NCBI GenBank assembly: GCA_001600695.1
Contig: BCKQ01000005.1
Span: forward strand, 717,543 to 781,542
Direction: 5' to 3'
DNA: 64,000 nt
Source of the DNA: Ascoidea asiatica JCM 7603
Lineage: Eukaryota; Fungi; Ascomycota
A model generated the notes under the pieces. The model was given only the letters and a program-made list of their open reading frames with translations, searched no databases and had not been told where the DNA came from. Below are positions 20,553 through 32,469 of this stretch, in pieces; position 1 is the first letter of the stretch, and every line of letters begins with the position of its first letter. Position numbers and translations under genes: made by a program.

Positions 20553-23084
20553 TTAAAATACCAATCTAGATAAAAAGGTCGGCTCAATTTCTTCTACTTG
20601 AGAAGAAAATTCTTTTAAGTAACTTCTACAACCATTTAGCACATATTCAGAATCTCTGGTATTGATTTTTTTGTTCACTAATAACTTTTCAACAAATTCT
20701 ATAGGAGCATCATTGTAATCATTGACTAACTCTTTGAATTTTTCAATTAATTCATCTAAATCTTCCAAGTATATAAAGTCTATCAAATATTCAAACATTC
20801 GAAATTTATCTTGTAAACCTTCAAACTGTTCATTCAATGATTTATAAAAAATTGAAATGTCAAGTTTAATCTTTTCAATAGTTTTTGTTTTCTTTTTTTC
20901 ATTTGAAAATGAATGTGTATTCTTATTACTTAAAGCTTGAATATATTTTAGTATTAGTTCATCAATAATATCCTCAATAACAATCTCATATAAAATTGGG
21001 TTAATATAACTTTTGAAATCTATGATATACTCGAGTAATGTACTAACAATTTGCTGGGCTTGAACGCCACTTTCATTATACCAATTTTTTGTGAAAATTT
21101 CAACGTATGCAGGTTTCAAATCATCGTACATTATTAAAATTATTGCTTCCAAACATTGTTTAGATAAATTAATAAATCCATCTAGTGCGTTATTTAAACT
21201 ATCATCCATTTCACTTTGGTATTTTTTCGATACCATTTTGATATATTTATTTTTGAGTGTTTCAATCATATCGGCACCTCTTAATTGATCATTTGCTAAT
21301 GCTATAATATATTCTATTAAACCACCAGGAACTTCTTCTTGAGAATTTAAATTCTCTTCTTGTTCAACTTTTGGATTATTAGTATTATTAACCGTAATTA
21401 ATCTTGAAACTTCTTTTTTTAAAATATTTGACCAATTACTTTGTCTCTTGATTAAAATTTTACAAAAATCTACAACAACTCCCAGAAGAATTTTACCTTG
21501 TCCAGATCCTGCAGCGACATCTGCTTGTTGACGAAACATATGAGCAGCTATATTTGAACCCTCTAATCCTAAATAGCCTTCACTATCGGTTTCCGGAGCT
21601 GATTTTCTCTCTTGAAAGATCTTAGTTTCAGTGTTCATTAAGTTGGACATCCAATCGTTCATCTTCGATATTATTAAACTTAAATAATCACTAAGTAGTT
21701 TCTCTTTAGTTTCATCACCCAATATTGATTTTATCTCGCTTTTGGTAAAGTTTAAGTCAGTTTTACAAAATGCAGTAAAATCTTTATCAAAATCTAAAAT
21801 ACTTAAAATAATTATAGTTTCCGGTTCTAGCTCAATCAACTTTACCATTATATCTTGACACTTGCTATAGTATAGCTCAAATACTTTTTTAAAGAAATTC
21901 CATCTTTTTGGAGGCTTTAACTCATTTTCTATTTGAAAAGCGCTGAGTAAATCTGACTTCATCCAGTCTAAATTATTCAAAATCTCAAACACATCAACCT
22001 CTTCTTCCAAATCTTCATTAGAAATTCCATTTTTTTCTTTAAAAAAATGATTTCTACAATTTGAAAATGTCATAGTTATAGAAGAGTCTAAACATTCAAA
22101 AAAATAACTCAAAAAATTTCTTGGCTGTAGTCTTAAAGTTACATGATTACTAAGCATCTGATTTTTTAAATGTCTATAAGTTTTACCATAAAATTGCTGT
22201 TGCTTCACTGTTAATTGAGGCTTTGAGGACCCAGTAGAAGAATCCGAGTTGACAATTTTTGTGGCAGTTAAGTATTTAATACCATTCTCTTCCATATTTT
22301 TTTTTAATAAATCCATTGCACGATGATCAATGATTTTTAAAATACATGATATCTTTAAATCCTCCCTTTCCTCCACGTCAATTATTTTGAAAATTTTTTC
22401 AATTAGTAGAATATTACCAACCTGATATGATTCTAAAAGTCCAGCAGTAAATTCCTTTATAAGCTTATCAAATTTCAAAATATTAAACTCTAATGGGGTA
22501 GACATTCTTGAAAGTGTAGCTTTATAGTCGCTAGAAAGATCCGCAGAATAATCCTCGAGATGATCTTTGAAATCTCTCAACTTTGTAAGACTGTAATGAA
22601 TTTTGAATAAATTTGGATAATTACCATCAATTTCTGTTATAATGTTCTCATTTATTTCATCCATATCATTGGAAATAATCACTCCTAAATCTTGGTTGAT
22701 TAAATCACTAATAAATTTACAATTGTCACTAAAGTTAACAATATTATCATATATCTTATTCACATTAGTGAAAAACTGATATATATTATTCATTTTATTT
22801 ATTAATTCATATTCTTGAATTGAATTTATATTTTCAAGAGATATTTGATTTATTTTCTCAAAATTAGAATTAATATAATTCACAATTGCCTGCGACTTAT
22901 TTAAACTTTCTAACCCATCTGTAGTTAATTTGATTTGTTTCTGAAATATTGATTTTAATTGAATGTCAATTGAAGATTTTTCATTCTCTAATTGAGTTTT
23001 AAGTTCTGTTATTTTATCTAAATCATCTTCAGACTTGATCAAATCTGATATTCCTTGTAATGCTGCACTTTTAGTTTCACTCAT
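20553..23084 (-). CDS. SEC6: Exocyst subunit Sec6
   Basis: I.DLIK.EDDLDKI..LK....EKSSID.QL, MFRQQADVAAGSGQGKIL, PGGLIEYIIALANDQ, C-terminal EPTFLSRL. Confidence 0.96.
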   Translation of the reverse strand: MSETKSAALQGISDLIKSEDDLDKITELKTQLENEKSSIDIQLKSIFQKQIKLTTDGLESLNKSQAIVNYINSNFEKINQISLENINSIQEYELINKMNNIYQFFTNVNKIYDNIVNFSDNCKFISDLINQDLGVIISNDMDEINENIITEIDGNYPNLFKIHYSLTKLRDFKDHLEDYSADLSSDYKATLSRMSTPLEFNILKFDKLIKEFTAGLLESYQVGNILLIEKIFKIIDVEEREDLKISCILKIIDHRAMDLLKKNMEENGIKYLTATKIVNSDSSTGSSKPQLTVKQQQFYGKTYRHLKNQMLSNHVTLRLQPRNFLSYFFECLDSSITMTFSNCRNHFFKEKNGISNEDLEEEVDVFEILNNLDWMKSDLLSAFQIENELKPPKRWNFFKKVFELYYSKCQDIMVKLIELEPETIIILSILDFDKDFTAFCKTDLNFTKSEIKSILGDETKEKLLSDYLSLIISKMNDWMSNLMNTETKIFQERKSAPETDSEGYLGLEGSNIAAHMFRQQADVAAGSGQGKILLGVVVDFCKILIKRQSNWSNILKKEVSRLITVNNTNNPKVEQEENLNSQEEVPGGLIEYIIALANDQLRGADMIETLKNKYIKMVSKKYQSEMDDSLNNALDGFINLSKQCLEAIILIMYDDLKPAYVEIFTKNWYNESGVQAQQIVSTLLEYIIDFKSYINPILYEIVIEDIIDELILKYIQALSNKNTHSFSNEKKKTKTIEKIKLDISIFYKSLNEQFEGLQDKFRMFEYLIDFIYLEDLDELIEKFKELVNDYNDAPIEFVEKLLVNKKINTRDSEYVLNGCRSYLKEFSSQVEEIEPTFLSRLVF

Positions 23085-23541
23085 TGTGAATCATTTTCTA
23101 TTATTCTTTACCAAAAATTTATAACTTCTACTATGTTACTGAATAAAGCCTAGTAACGTCAAATTCTCTATAATTATTTGCTTTTCTTTCTGGTACAATC
23201 TAGTCAATAAAAGTTATTGCCAATTGAATTTATATATTGATTGACAATTCGTATCTGCTGGCATAAAACTAAACACTAACACTACCGTAAAAAACTATTA
23301 TCCTCTTGGAAAGGATACTGGCAAACGATACAACACTTTATTTAGTATTCACGGTTCAGATTACGTAATTCTTTCTTTATTTACTCTCTGTTCTTTATCA
23401 GCGACACTGAATTGACCTGTCCAAGTTCAATTATTCAAAATACAAAGGAATTGAATTTATTTAAATATTTAAGAGTTTTACATCAAATGAGGTATCAGAA
23501 GTAAGTTTTTCAGGAAGCATCTTTTGGAAAAGATAAGCAAA

Positions 23542-23968
23542 ATGTTTAGTTTAGGTGGTTTGTTATATGGTATGTCATCTTTTTTGAGTTTTTCTTTTTT
23601 GCTCTATTGTTTCGTTACTAACCCCATAATTTTTTTGCTCTCGAATAGTTATTGTACTATCAATTAATTCTGTTGCAATTTTAAGTGAAGATAGATTTCT
23701 AAATAGAAGTATGTATTTATAAAATGTTTCATTCTCAAAACCATTTCAACCTTTACAGCTTGAGACTAATTTTCAAATTCATTTTTCACTTTATTTTTTA
23801 ATAGTTGGTTGGGGAAATAAAATAGAAGGGCAAGGATTTGCAAGCCCTGTTGAACCTACAATCAAATCCAGGTTAATTAGTTTAATTTCAGCAATAAGGA
23901 CACTTCTCAGATTACCTCTAATAATCGTTAATATTTTAATTATTATTTATGAAATAATATTGGGTTAA
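23542..23968 (+). CDS. YOS1: Yos1 ER-Golgi membrane protein, 3 exons: 23542-23569, 23649-23708, 23805-23968 (83 aa)
   Basis: Not in the ORF track. The spliced product reads MFSLGGLLYVIVLSINSVAILSEDRFLNRIGWG...IKSRLISLISAIRTLLRLPLI..N...I.YEIILG*. Introns are GTATGT..TACTAAC..TAG and GTATGT..GACTAAT..TAG. Confidence 0.96.
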
Positions 23969-24242
23969 AAATCGCTATGCTAAATACACAAAATTAAGTC
24001 ACATATTCTTTGAAGTTTTAGTTTGTACACATTTTTGTAAATTCAAATGATCTTTTTTTTGAATAAAGTTTTGATATTTATTAGTCTTTTATTATATAAT
24101 AATCTAGTTGAATAACAGATGAAATATAGAAGGAATATTCTATGAAAAATATTAATAATACTTAATGAAGAATTGAAAAGAAGCTTTTTAGAAAGAAAAA
24201 TGAAAAATAAAAAAAAAAAGATATTATAATATTTACTTTGGC

Positions 24243-26834
24243 CTAAAGATGCTTTTGCAGCATTTGAATATCATTAAAATAATTTTGAACTATTTTCAAG
24301 TTTTTGGTTAAAACATCAAAAACTCCTAACTTATTTTGTCTTTTGTATTTATAATATATGATTAAAGTATCATAAATCAATAGGTATTGTTTTAAATTTT
24401 GAACCATTGAAACTCTTTGTTTTCTAAAAAGATCCACTAGCTCAAAAATAGGATCTTTATTATCATCTATGACATTGGGATTCGATAAATAATCAATTGC
24501 AGAATCAATAGCACAAAATGTTCCAGTCCTACCACAGCCAGCTGAGCAGTGGACAATAACAGGTGCGTCGATTTGTGTAGCATCAAAATATGCTTTTTTG
24601 ATTGACTTTTGAAAATACACCAATGCAAGCAAATCATCATAACTATCGAATCCATCATAATCTGCCCATGATTCAATATGTAATTGTAAAACCTCATGAC
24701 GTATTGAATCTAATGTTATCTTTATTCTTCTAATTATAATATTACTTTTTGACCATAAGCCTTTGATTTGATTTTGAAAAGGAAATAAGCTAATTTCTGG
24801 AGATTCAACAAAGTCATTGAGTGGCAAACAATCAAGAACCTTAATTTCGAGATGGCCGTTATCATCATAAACACCATCTTTCCAAAAATTAGCACATTTC
24901 TCAGTATAATTTTCAGTTTCAGAAGTTAAAGATATTATTAAAGGAGATTTATGATTGAGAATCATTTTCCAGAAATCACAAACAGTGCTTCTTAAAGGGC
25001 CTTGTGTTGCAATATACTTATCTTTGAATTCATGATTAGACAAATATGAAGCATTTATATAATCTGAGCCATTTTTACTATTTACTATTGAGACTCTTGT
25101 TCTTTCATAAGGAATTATATCTTTATATCTATTTTTGCTTCCTAATTCAATACCTGCTGACATTTTTGGATTATCATTATCGTCATCATTATCTATAAAC
25201 TTATCATTACCAGGATCTGATTTTGATCGATAGTTATTAAAAGATAAAGCATTATTCAATCTTATCTTTTCATTTTTTTCAAGTTGATTAAACTTTTTAA
25301 TTAATTCTTTGGAGCCATGATCAGATGATGTTAAAAGTGAAGAAAACCATTTAGGTAAAGTATTAAGTTCTTCATTAGTTAAATTATAATTTGATAGTTT
25401 GAAATAATTTAGATTTACATCACTTATTGGAGAATAATCACTATTTGAATTATTAGAAATATGCTCATCATTTTGCCTTATTTTGAAGTTAGGTTGGCAT
25501 GCAGATAAAGGTAATTTAAACCCGGATAAAGCTGGAGATATTGCTGAACATGAAGAGAGTGAAGAAGAATTCGAATGCGATATTTTGGTGTTTATAGGAT
25601 TTAAGAAAGGTAACCCAGAAGTCAAAAAGGGAGAATGGCCATCATTAGAATTTATTGAGATTAATGGGATATTGTTGGAAGTATTTGAGCGAATGGAATG
25701 ATTGGATATACTAGAGTGGCTTGAATGGTTAGCATGATTAGCATGAGTTGATTGTTTTAAAAAGTTTGATAGGTTTAAATTAGTAGAAAGAGTAGAATGT
25801 GCCAATGATGATGAAGGAGATGTAGAATTTGAATCAATAATTAAGTTTTGATCCGAATTAGGATTTGTAATTGGTTCTGGTTGAAACATTAGTATAGGAG
25901 AGGTAGAAGGAAGAGAATCTTCAATTAAATTAGGATAGAATTTTTTGAATTTTTGTAATCCACCTTGAAGTACGAATATTCGACCATTCCACAGTTCAGT
26001 ATTAGCAAATTTATTGGTTATACAAGAAAGAGCTAAAGAGACATTTGATGGATTTTCTGAATTATTTGAATTATTTGAATTATTTGAAGGCAAATCCAAC
26101 GAGGAGTAATCATAAAATATTATCGGAGGTAATGGAATATTTTGTTTATTTTTCAAAAAAAAGTCAAATATTAATTTTTCTTTGAGACCTAATGTTGCAA
26201 TTGATTTGAATAAATTATATGTTTTTCTTTTTAATAAACAAGTTGGCAATGAGAAATTCAAAGAATCTTTAATTCTTAAAGAAGAATAATCAGTAAATGA
26301 CCTTATATCAAAAAGCAATACATTTTTAGTGAAAATAAAATTTTGGAAAGTACTATTGTCATATTGAATTTTATTTGATAAGAAATAATCTGCTAAAGAA
26401 TCTACCGATATTACTTGAATTTTTGGGTGTAATTTAAATAGAGGTGATTTTGAGAGTTGAATTGAATGATTTGAGTTGTAAGTTTGATTATAATTTTTAT
26501 TATAATTTTGATTTAGATTTAGATTAGGTTTGATATTCTTATGATTATTATTATTATTATTTGAAGACTTATTTTTTGATTTTGATTTATTTCTAACTAT
26601 TGAAAGGGATACATTTGTCGTTAAATTATTATTCAAATTATCTGATTTTGTACATGAACTATTAGAACCTAATTTTTTAGTTAGGCTTTTATTTCTTATG
26701 ATATTAGAGGGAGAACTTGTTTTAATATTATTACTGAAATAATTTATTTGAATTTGATTAGGGCTTTTAAAATGATTTTGAATATTATTTATTGGTTGAC
26801 TATTGAAGTAATTTATTTCTTGATTTTGAATATT

Positions 26835-26888
<54 letters not shown>

Positions 26889-27029
26889 GTTGTTATCAGT
26901 TTTTTTTGTATTATTCGAATTTGAATTAGTTAAATGAGAAGTTAAATCAGAAATATTAAAATCAAATACTTTTTCTGCGGTTGAAGGAGTAGCAACAGGA
27001 GTTGAAGTTGCAGAAGAAACTGAAAGCAT
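24243..27029 (-). CDS. PTP3: MAPK tyrosine phosphatase with N-terminal rhodanese domain (Ptp2/Ptp3)
   Basis: DIRSF..Y...RI..SLN..LP..LLKR rhodanese domain, KNRYKDI.PY, YIATQGP, HCSAGCGRTG, QR.SMVQ; convergent with YOS1 as for S. cerevisiae PTP3. Confidence 0.9.
26838..26894 (-). repeat. (AAT/AAC)n microsatellite encoding poly-Asn in the PTP gene
   Basis: Uninterrupted trinucleotide run. Confidence 0.9.
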
Positions 27030-29688
27030 TAATAATAAAGTATTATTAATTATGGTTACTTATAATTATTGATTTCAAGATATTAGTTATTGATTATTTA
27101 TAATTAATAATATAGAAAGAGATTGGAAATATTAGGAAAAGTATTCTGATGAAATTTTAGTTGTATTTATAACAAATAATTTAGTTTTCGAAATTGATTT
27201 AAATAAAATAAGCTATAATCTCATAAAATAAATCATATAAATAACAGAAATTAAAAACTGTAACGAACTTGTTTTACAATAGTAATATGAATAAATAAAA
27301 AAAAAGATATTTGACTGATTTTTAAGTATTGAATATGTGATTTAAAACAACAAAACAATACTAAATCTACTGAATTATAATATATGATATGAAATGAAGA
27401 GAACGAATAAACATTATTATAAATACCTAAATTAAAGTAAATATATTTTAATTTTTGTTAGTTGGACATGAAAATATATTAAATAAAAATCTATAAAAGA
27501 GTGTAATGGAGCTAACTAACCAACTACAGACCTGGTTAGAAGCTTGTAAAATCAAAAAAGAAAGTTGAAAAACTGAGTTTAGTTAAATCTTAGTGAATAG
27601 TAGAATATTCAATATTCAATGAATATTCTAAGATCAAAAGATTTTGAAGATCCATTTTTGAATATGTGCTCAGCGCGCACACAGTACTAACCGCTAAGCA
27701 AGAGGCTTCACTGTCATGCGTTAATAAAAACACGTAGTATGCAGTAAATCACAGTATGCAGCGCTGTGCACTTCCAAAACTGCAAAAAACACAACCAGAG
27801 GAATCACACTGCGCTGTACATTACCTAACACATTTAGGACATAAAGCCCATAAATTTTAGGGACAACTGAATGCACATTTCCATATTGTTGTATTTGCCC
27901 AATGCGCTCGGACTTTAGCGCTTGTTTGTTTTTGGGTAACTAGCGCAAAATGTAGGACGCAAAATAAGTTTGGTAGTATTATTGCAGAATTTTTGTGGTA
28001 CTTTTGTGTGATAGTGCGTGCACTTTTATCGTAAATATTCTTCTAATACAGAATTCAAATCCAATGATTAATATTATTATTTATTCATTCATCTTTGTCA
28101 CTTCCTTGTCATTGGTATGCTACCAAACTGAATATTGTAATAATTCTTCGTCATACTTTATTGAATTCTTTTTTATTTTTTGTTATTAGTAGACTTCCTT
28201 TAATTCAAGGTTTAAATATTTTTAAACCCTTTAAACCTCTCCTTCATAGCACTCCCTTTTAGAGAAAAATATTTTCCTTTATTGAAGGTTTTTCTTATGC
28301 CCAAATATCTAGCGTGTACGTAGCCAAAAATCATACAATGCATTCATTTTAATAGAAAATATGAATTGTATTCTTGCTCATTAATGCTGGAAATTTCCTA
28401 TTTGGTGAATAGTTTCTATACCTAGGCCAATAGTCACAAGAACCCGGCAAATAAACAAATTTACTTTCAGTTTTCCCCATCAGATATATTAATATCCTCT
28501 TTGGCAAATGTATTATATTTCGGTGGCTTCTATGTAATTGCACAGATATTGTACAGATGTTGTACAGATAGGAAACAAATATTAATAGACAAGTTGACCA
28601 GATTTCATCGAGAACCAATCAGTTTTTTGCAGAGCTTATGCCCATAAAAAAGGGCTTTTTTGTAGATACTTGAATACTACGGGTAATTATGCTGGAGCGT
28701 AAGCATCAGTAAGTTTTAAAACATCGTAAATGGAAACTTGAAAACCGTTTTGAAATATGTTTTTTACGTCATAATTACTTATTGTAATATCAAGTTTCCA
28801 AATGCTTTTTGAAAATCGTTTCTATTCTGGTAATTGGCTTAAAACCTAGTATTTATAGCTGGTTTCGATTGATCTAGACCCTTGGTAACCAAAGCATCTT
28901 CATACTTAAGTTTTACATTTAAATCATTTTACATCCACGCCCATTTTTGTCTCAAAATTTTAATTAAAAATTGCGATAATTAAATTTGACTAAAAAAAGT
29001 TTTATATTTCTTTGTCATAAATTTTTTTCATTAATATTAAAAATAAATACGTTTATCTTTTTCTTACTATTATAATCATCTAGAAGGTCTATAAAAGGAA
29101 CCAATTATATATGTTTTGTTTTGTCTCAATTAAATTCAGCTAAATTAGTTTAAGTGATATTTTTTTCTGCGCGGGTTAAAATTTATTGCGCAGCGCTTCG
29201 CGTTTTGCTTTAAATTGCGATTACGCGACAACAAAATTGATAGCAGACTGGTTAGCTAATTTGTGGATTGCAGTAATTTTAACAAATGCCTGCGCGCAAT
29301 GTTATTCCAAGATTATTTTTTCTGTACCAATTCTTTTGCGGACCTAGAGGCTGTTACTGCTTATGTGCGTCTAAAAGTGCATTCCGGTTTTTTTACTCTG
29401 CATAGCGCGGCGTGGTTAGTTTTTGTTAATGCTTATCCTCATTTCCTTTTTTGATATCCAGAGCGGATATTCCCGCGTTGCATGTGTCAACTTCAAAGCC
29501 ATAATTAGGGGTCTTCTTATATATAAAAAGATACTACCATATCTTATAAAATTCTAAAACGTTAGTCTTGCTTTAATATCCTAGCCTCTATCAGTGAAAT
29601 TAAGTTAAAAAATATACGTACTCTTTATTCACTTTTACTGAAAGAGAAAACGTAAATAAATATCACTATAATATACTTTACCACCAAA

Positions 29689-29884
29689 ATGGCTATTATA
29701 AATAAAAATGTAGAAGATCAGGAATATGATGATAACCATTTGAATAATGATAATAATTACAGTTATAAACTTCACAGCAAAGATGAAAATATAGAGATGC
29801 AAAATTTATTACCAAGTTCATCCTCTTACTCCGATTCTTTCAATGTATTAAATAATACTGATAATAATGATCAAATTGATAACC

Positions 29885-29921
<37 letters not shown>

Positions 29922-32016
29922 TCTTCATCAAAATGATAGTGATCTGAATAATAATCCGAGTGACTATTATTCTCCAACAAGCTTTGATGATAATGATTCT
30001 ATTCATAATCAAGACCCCAATATAGCAGCAAATATTAATCCAGCTTATCAATATAACGATGCAAGCTTTGAAAAAAAAAATGCAATTTTCAAATTTTTAA
30101 TTAAATTATGGTATGGCCCACAATATCAATCTGATTTACCATTTAGTTTAAAAAATAACTTTTTATTGAAAAATATAGAAAATTTTCCCTACAATTTAAA
30201 TAAATCAATTTCAAAAAAATTTAAAATCATCTTATTCTTAGTTTATTTATTATCTTGGTTATTAATTTTTTATTCTTTGATTAATCCATATTTATCCATT
30301 TCTCCAAACTTTATAGATCATTCATATAATAAATTATTAAAAAAAAATATACCTTCATTTTCTTGTTTAGAGCAACATACTTTCTGGAAAGGTAAAAATT
30401 CAAAATGTGGTTTAAATGCTGATTTATGTAAACCTCATTCTTTTTCTGATTTTGATTCAAATTCAGATTCAATTTCTAGTATTCCTAATAATGAGATAGT
30501 ATTCAGATGCCCTGCTTTATGTGATAGAGGTAGTTGGACTTATTCTTCAATTCCAGTTGGTGATCAAAATATAAAATATAGAGGATATTTTATAGGAGGA
30601 GGAAGAATTCTGAATGAAAAAAATAGCAAAAAAGATGATGAAATATTAACTAATCCTTATAGAGCGGATTCATTTCCTTGTGGAGCTGCTGTACACGCTG
30701 GACTTGTATCTCCTTTATTTGGGGGATGTGTCAGAGCTTCTTTCATAGGTTCTCAATCTAAATTTTCTTCCGCCAATGGTTTTTATAATTCAATCGATGA
30801 TTCAATTTCTTTCGATTCTTTTTTCCCATCCTCATTTATATTCAAAAACTTACCTTCTCAAATCCATGGTTGTCATGATCCAAGATTTTTGATATTATTT
30901 GTTAATTTTTTTTTTGGGTTTATAATAATATATCTTTGTAATAATCCTGTTTATAGTTATTGGGCAGTTTCAATTGCAGCATTTTGGACAATTACCTTAA
31001 CCCTAGACCCCCCTTTAATCGTTAATCCAACAGATTCTGAAAGTAAAGCAACTTTGGTATCAATGAGTTTTCAGAGACTCTTACCATTAGGATTTGTTTT
31101 ATACACTCTTTGGCACATAGCAATTTCAAAAACTTTATCAAGAGCTTCTTCGCCTTTAGGTAGAGCTTTTATATGGTATCCTTTATTTTGGCTAGGTGCT
31201 CTGAATAATATCACATTCGATAGACTTCCCGTTGATAGACTTACAATCAAGGATTTGAAAGAACAGCCAGGTTCAATAGCTGCTGTAGGTTCTATTATTT
31301 CTGTTATTGCCATTGGAATTGTTATTCAAGCATATACTTTATGGAAATCAGGTCGCTTCAAAAAATATTTATCAATTTATCTTCTATTTGTATTTGCTTT
31401 AATTTTCTTTGCAAATTTATCTGGACTTACTTTAAGAATTCATCATTATATTTTAGGAATTTTATTAATTCCTGGGACTGCAACAAGAAACTTTTCTGCT
31501 TTAATGTTTCAAGGTTTATTATTAGGACTAGTTCTTTCTGGAGTGGGAAGATGGAATTTTGCTTCCATTGTAGAAACTTCAACAGCTCTTAGAAGATCAG
31601 ATCCTTCTGATTTATTGGAATTAAGACCACCAAATGATATGAACTTCAACAATGAAACAAGAATTCTTCACTGGCAAAACTCTACTGATGAATCAAGCTC
31701 TTCCGGGAATATTCTATCAACTCGAAGTGCTTCCCTAGATGCTTATTCTTTATTGATAAATGATATTGAACGATTTAGAGGAATTGATGTATCAATTGAT
31801 ATTCAAAATCTAATAGATCAAAATGATGAGTTAAAGAGATTGGTGAAAGAAGAATTCGAGGAAAATAAAGATGAAAATGGGGACATTACTCTTTATTTGA
31901 GAGTTGCAAAGTCATCTTCTAAAATTAATGTGGATAAAACTGGGGATTATTCAAAAGCTGCAATTTTAAGATGGCCGAGTGGAATTTTCGTTCCTCCAGC
32001 TGTTGGTGTTACATGA
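29689..32016 (+). CDS. LCCL-domain polytopic membrane protein (YIL067C-like)
   Basis: CPALCD, YRADSFPCGAAVHAG LCCL core, multiple TM helices, LRIHHYI; YIL067C neighbours SEC6 in S. cerevisiae. Confidence 0.85.
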
Positions 32017-32469
32017 TTTGATTTGATTCAATATGCAATATTGGAAACCTTTACTGTAGATAATGACATTGTTTTTCTTGTTTTCAATCATTTTTTTTTT
32101 CTATGCATTTTTATATTGTCTTCAGACTTTTTTTGGATCTTTTTGATATATAACTTTTCTTACCCATTTTCTTTTTATATGCATTTATAGGTGCTTGAAC
32201 ACTTTTTTCATTCTTTCTTCAAAACTTTCTTTGATATCTACAACATATTATACATAGTAACGATTTTCAGACAAGTAGTCGATCTTAAAAACTATGAAAA
32301 ACTTTCGAATGACTATGGAATTCTGTTATTTTCAATTTAAAGAAATAGGTTGCGATAGCCATGTTACATAACTAGTTAATTTTTCTTTTGAAAAAGGGAA
32401 ATTAGTGTATTTTTATTTTTTTTTTATATAATTGAAAAAGTCGAAAAAGTCTTTGGAAATTTCGAAAAA

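Noticed and set aside
27030-29688. Long intergenic region as a solo LTR, centromere or hidden gene (ORFs 27995, 28349, 29263)
   Set aside because: No TG..CA-bounded repeat, target-site duplication, CDE arrangement or convincing coding signal; the ORFs are short and start at non-ATG codons.
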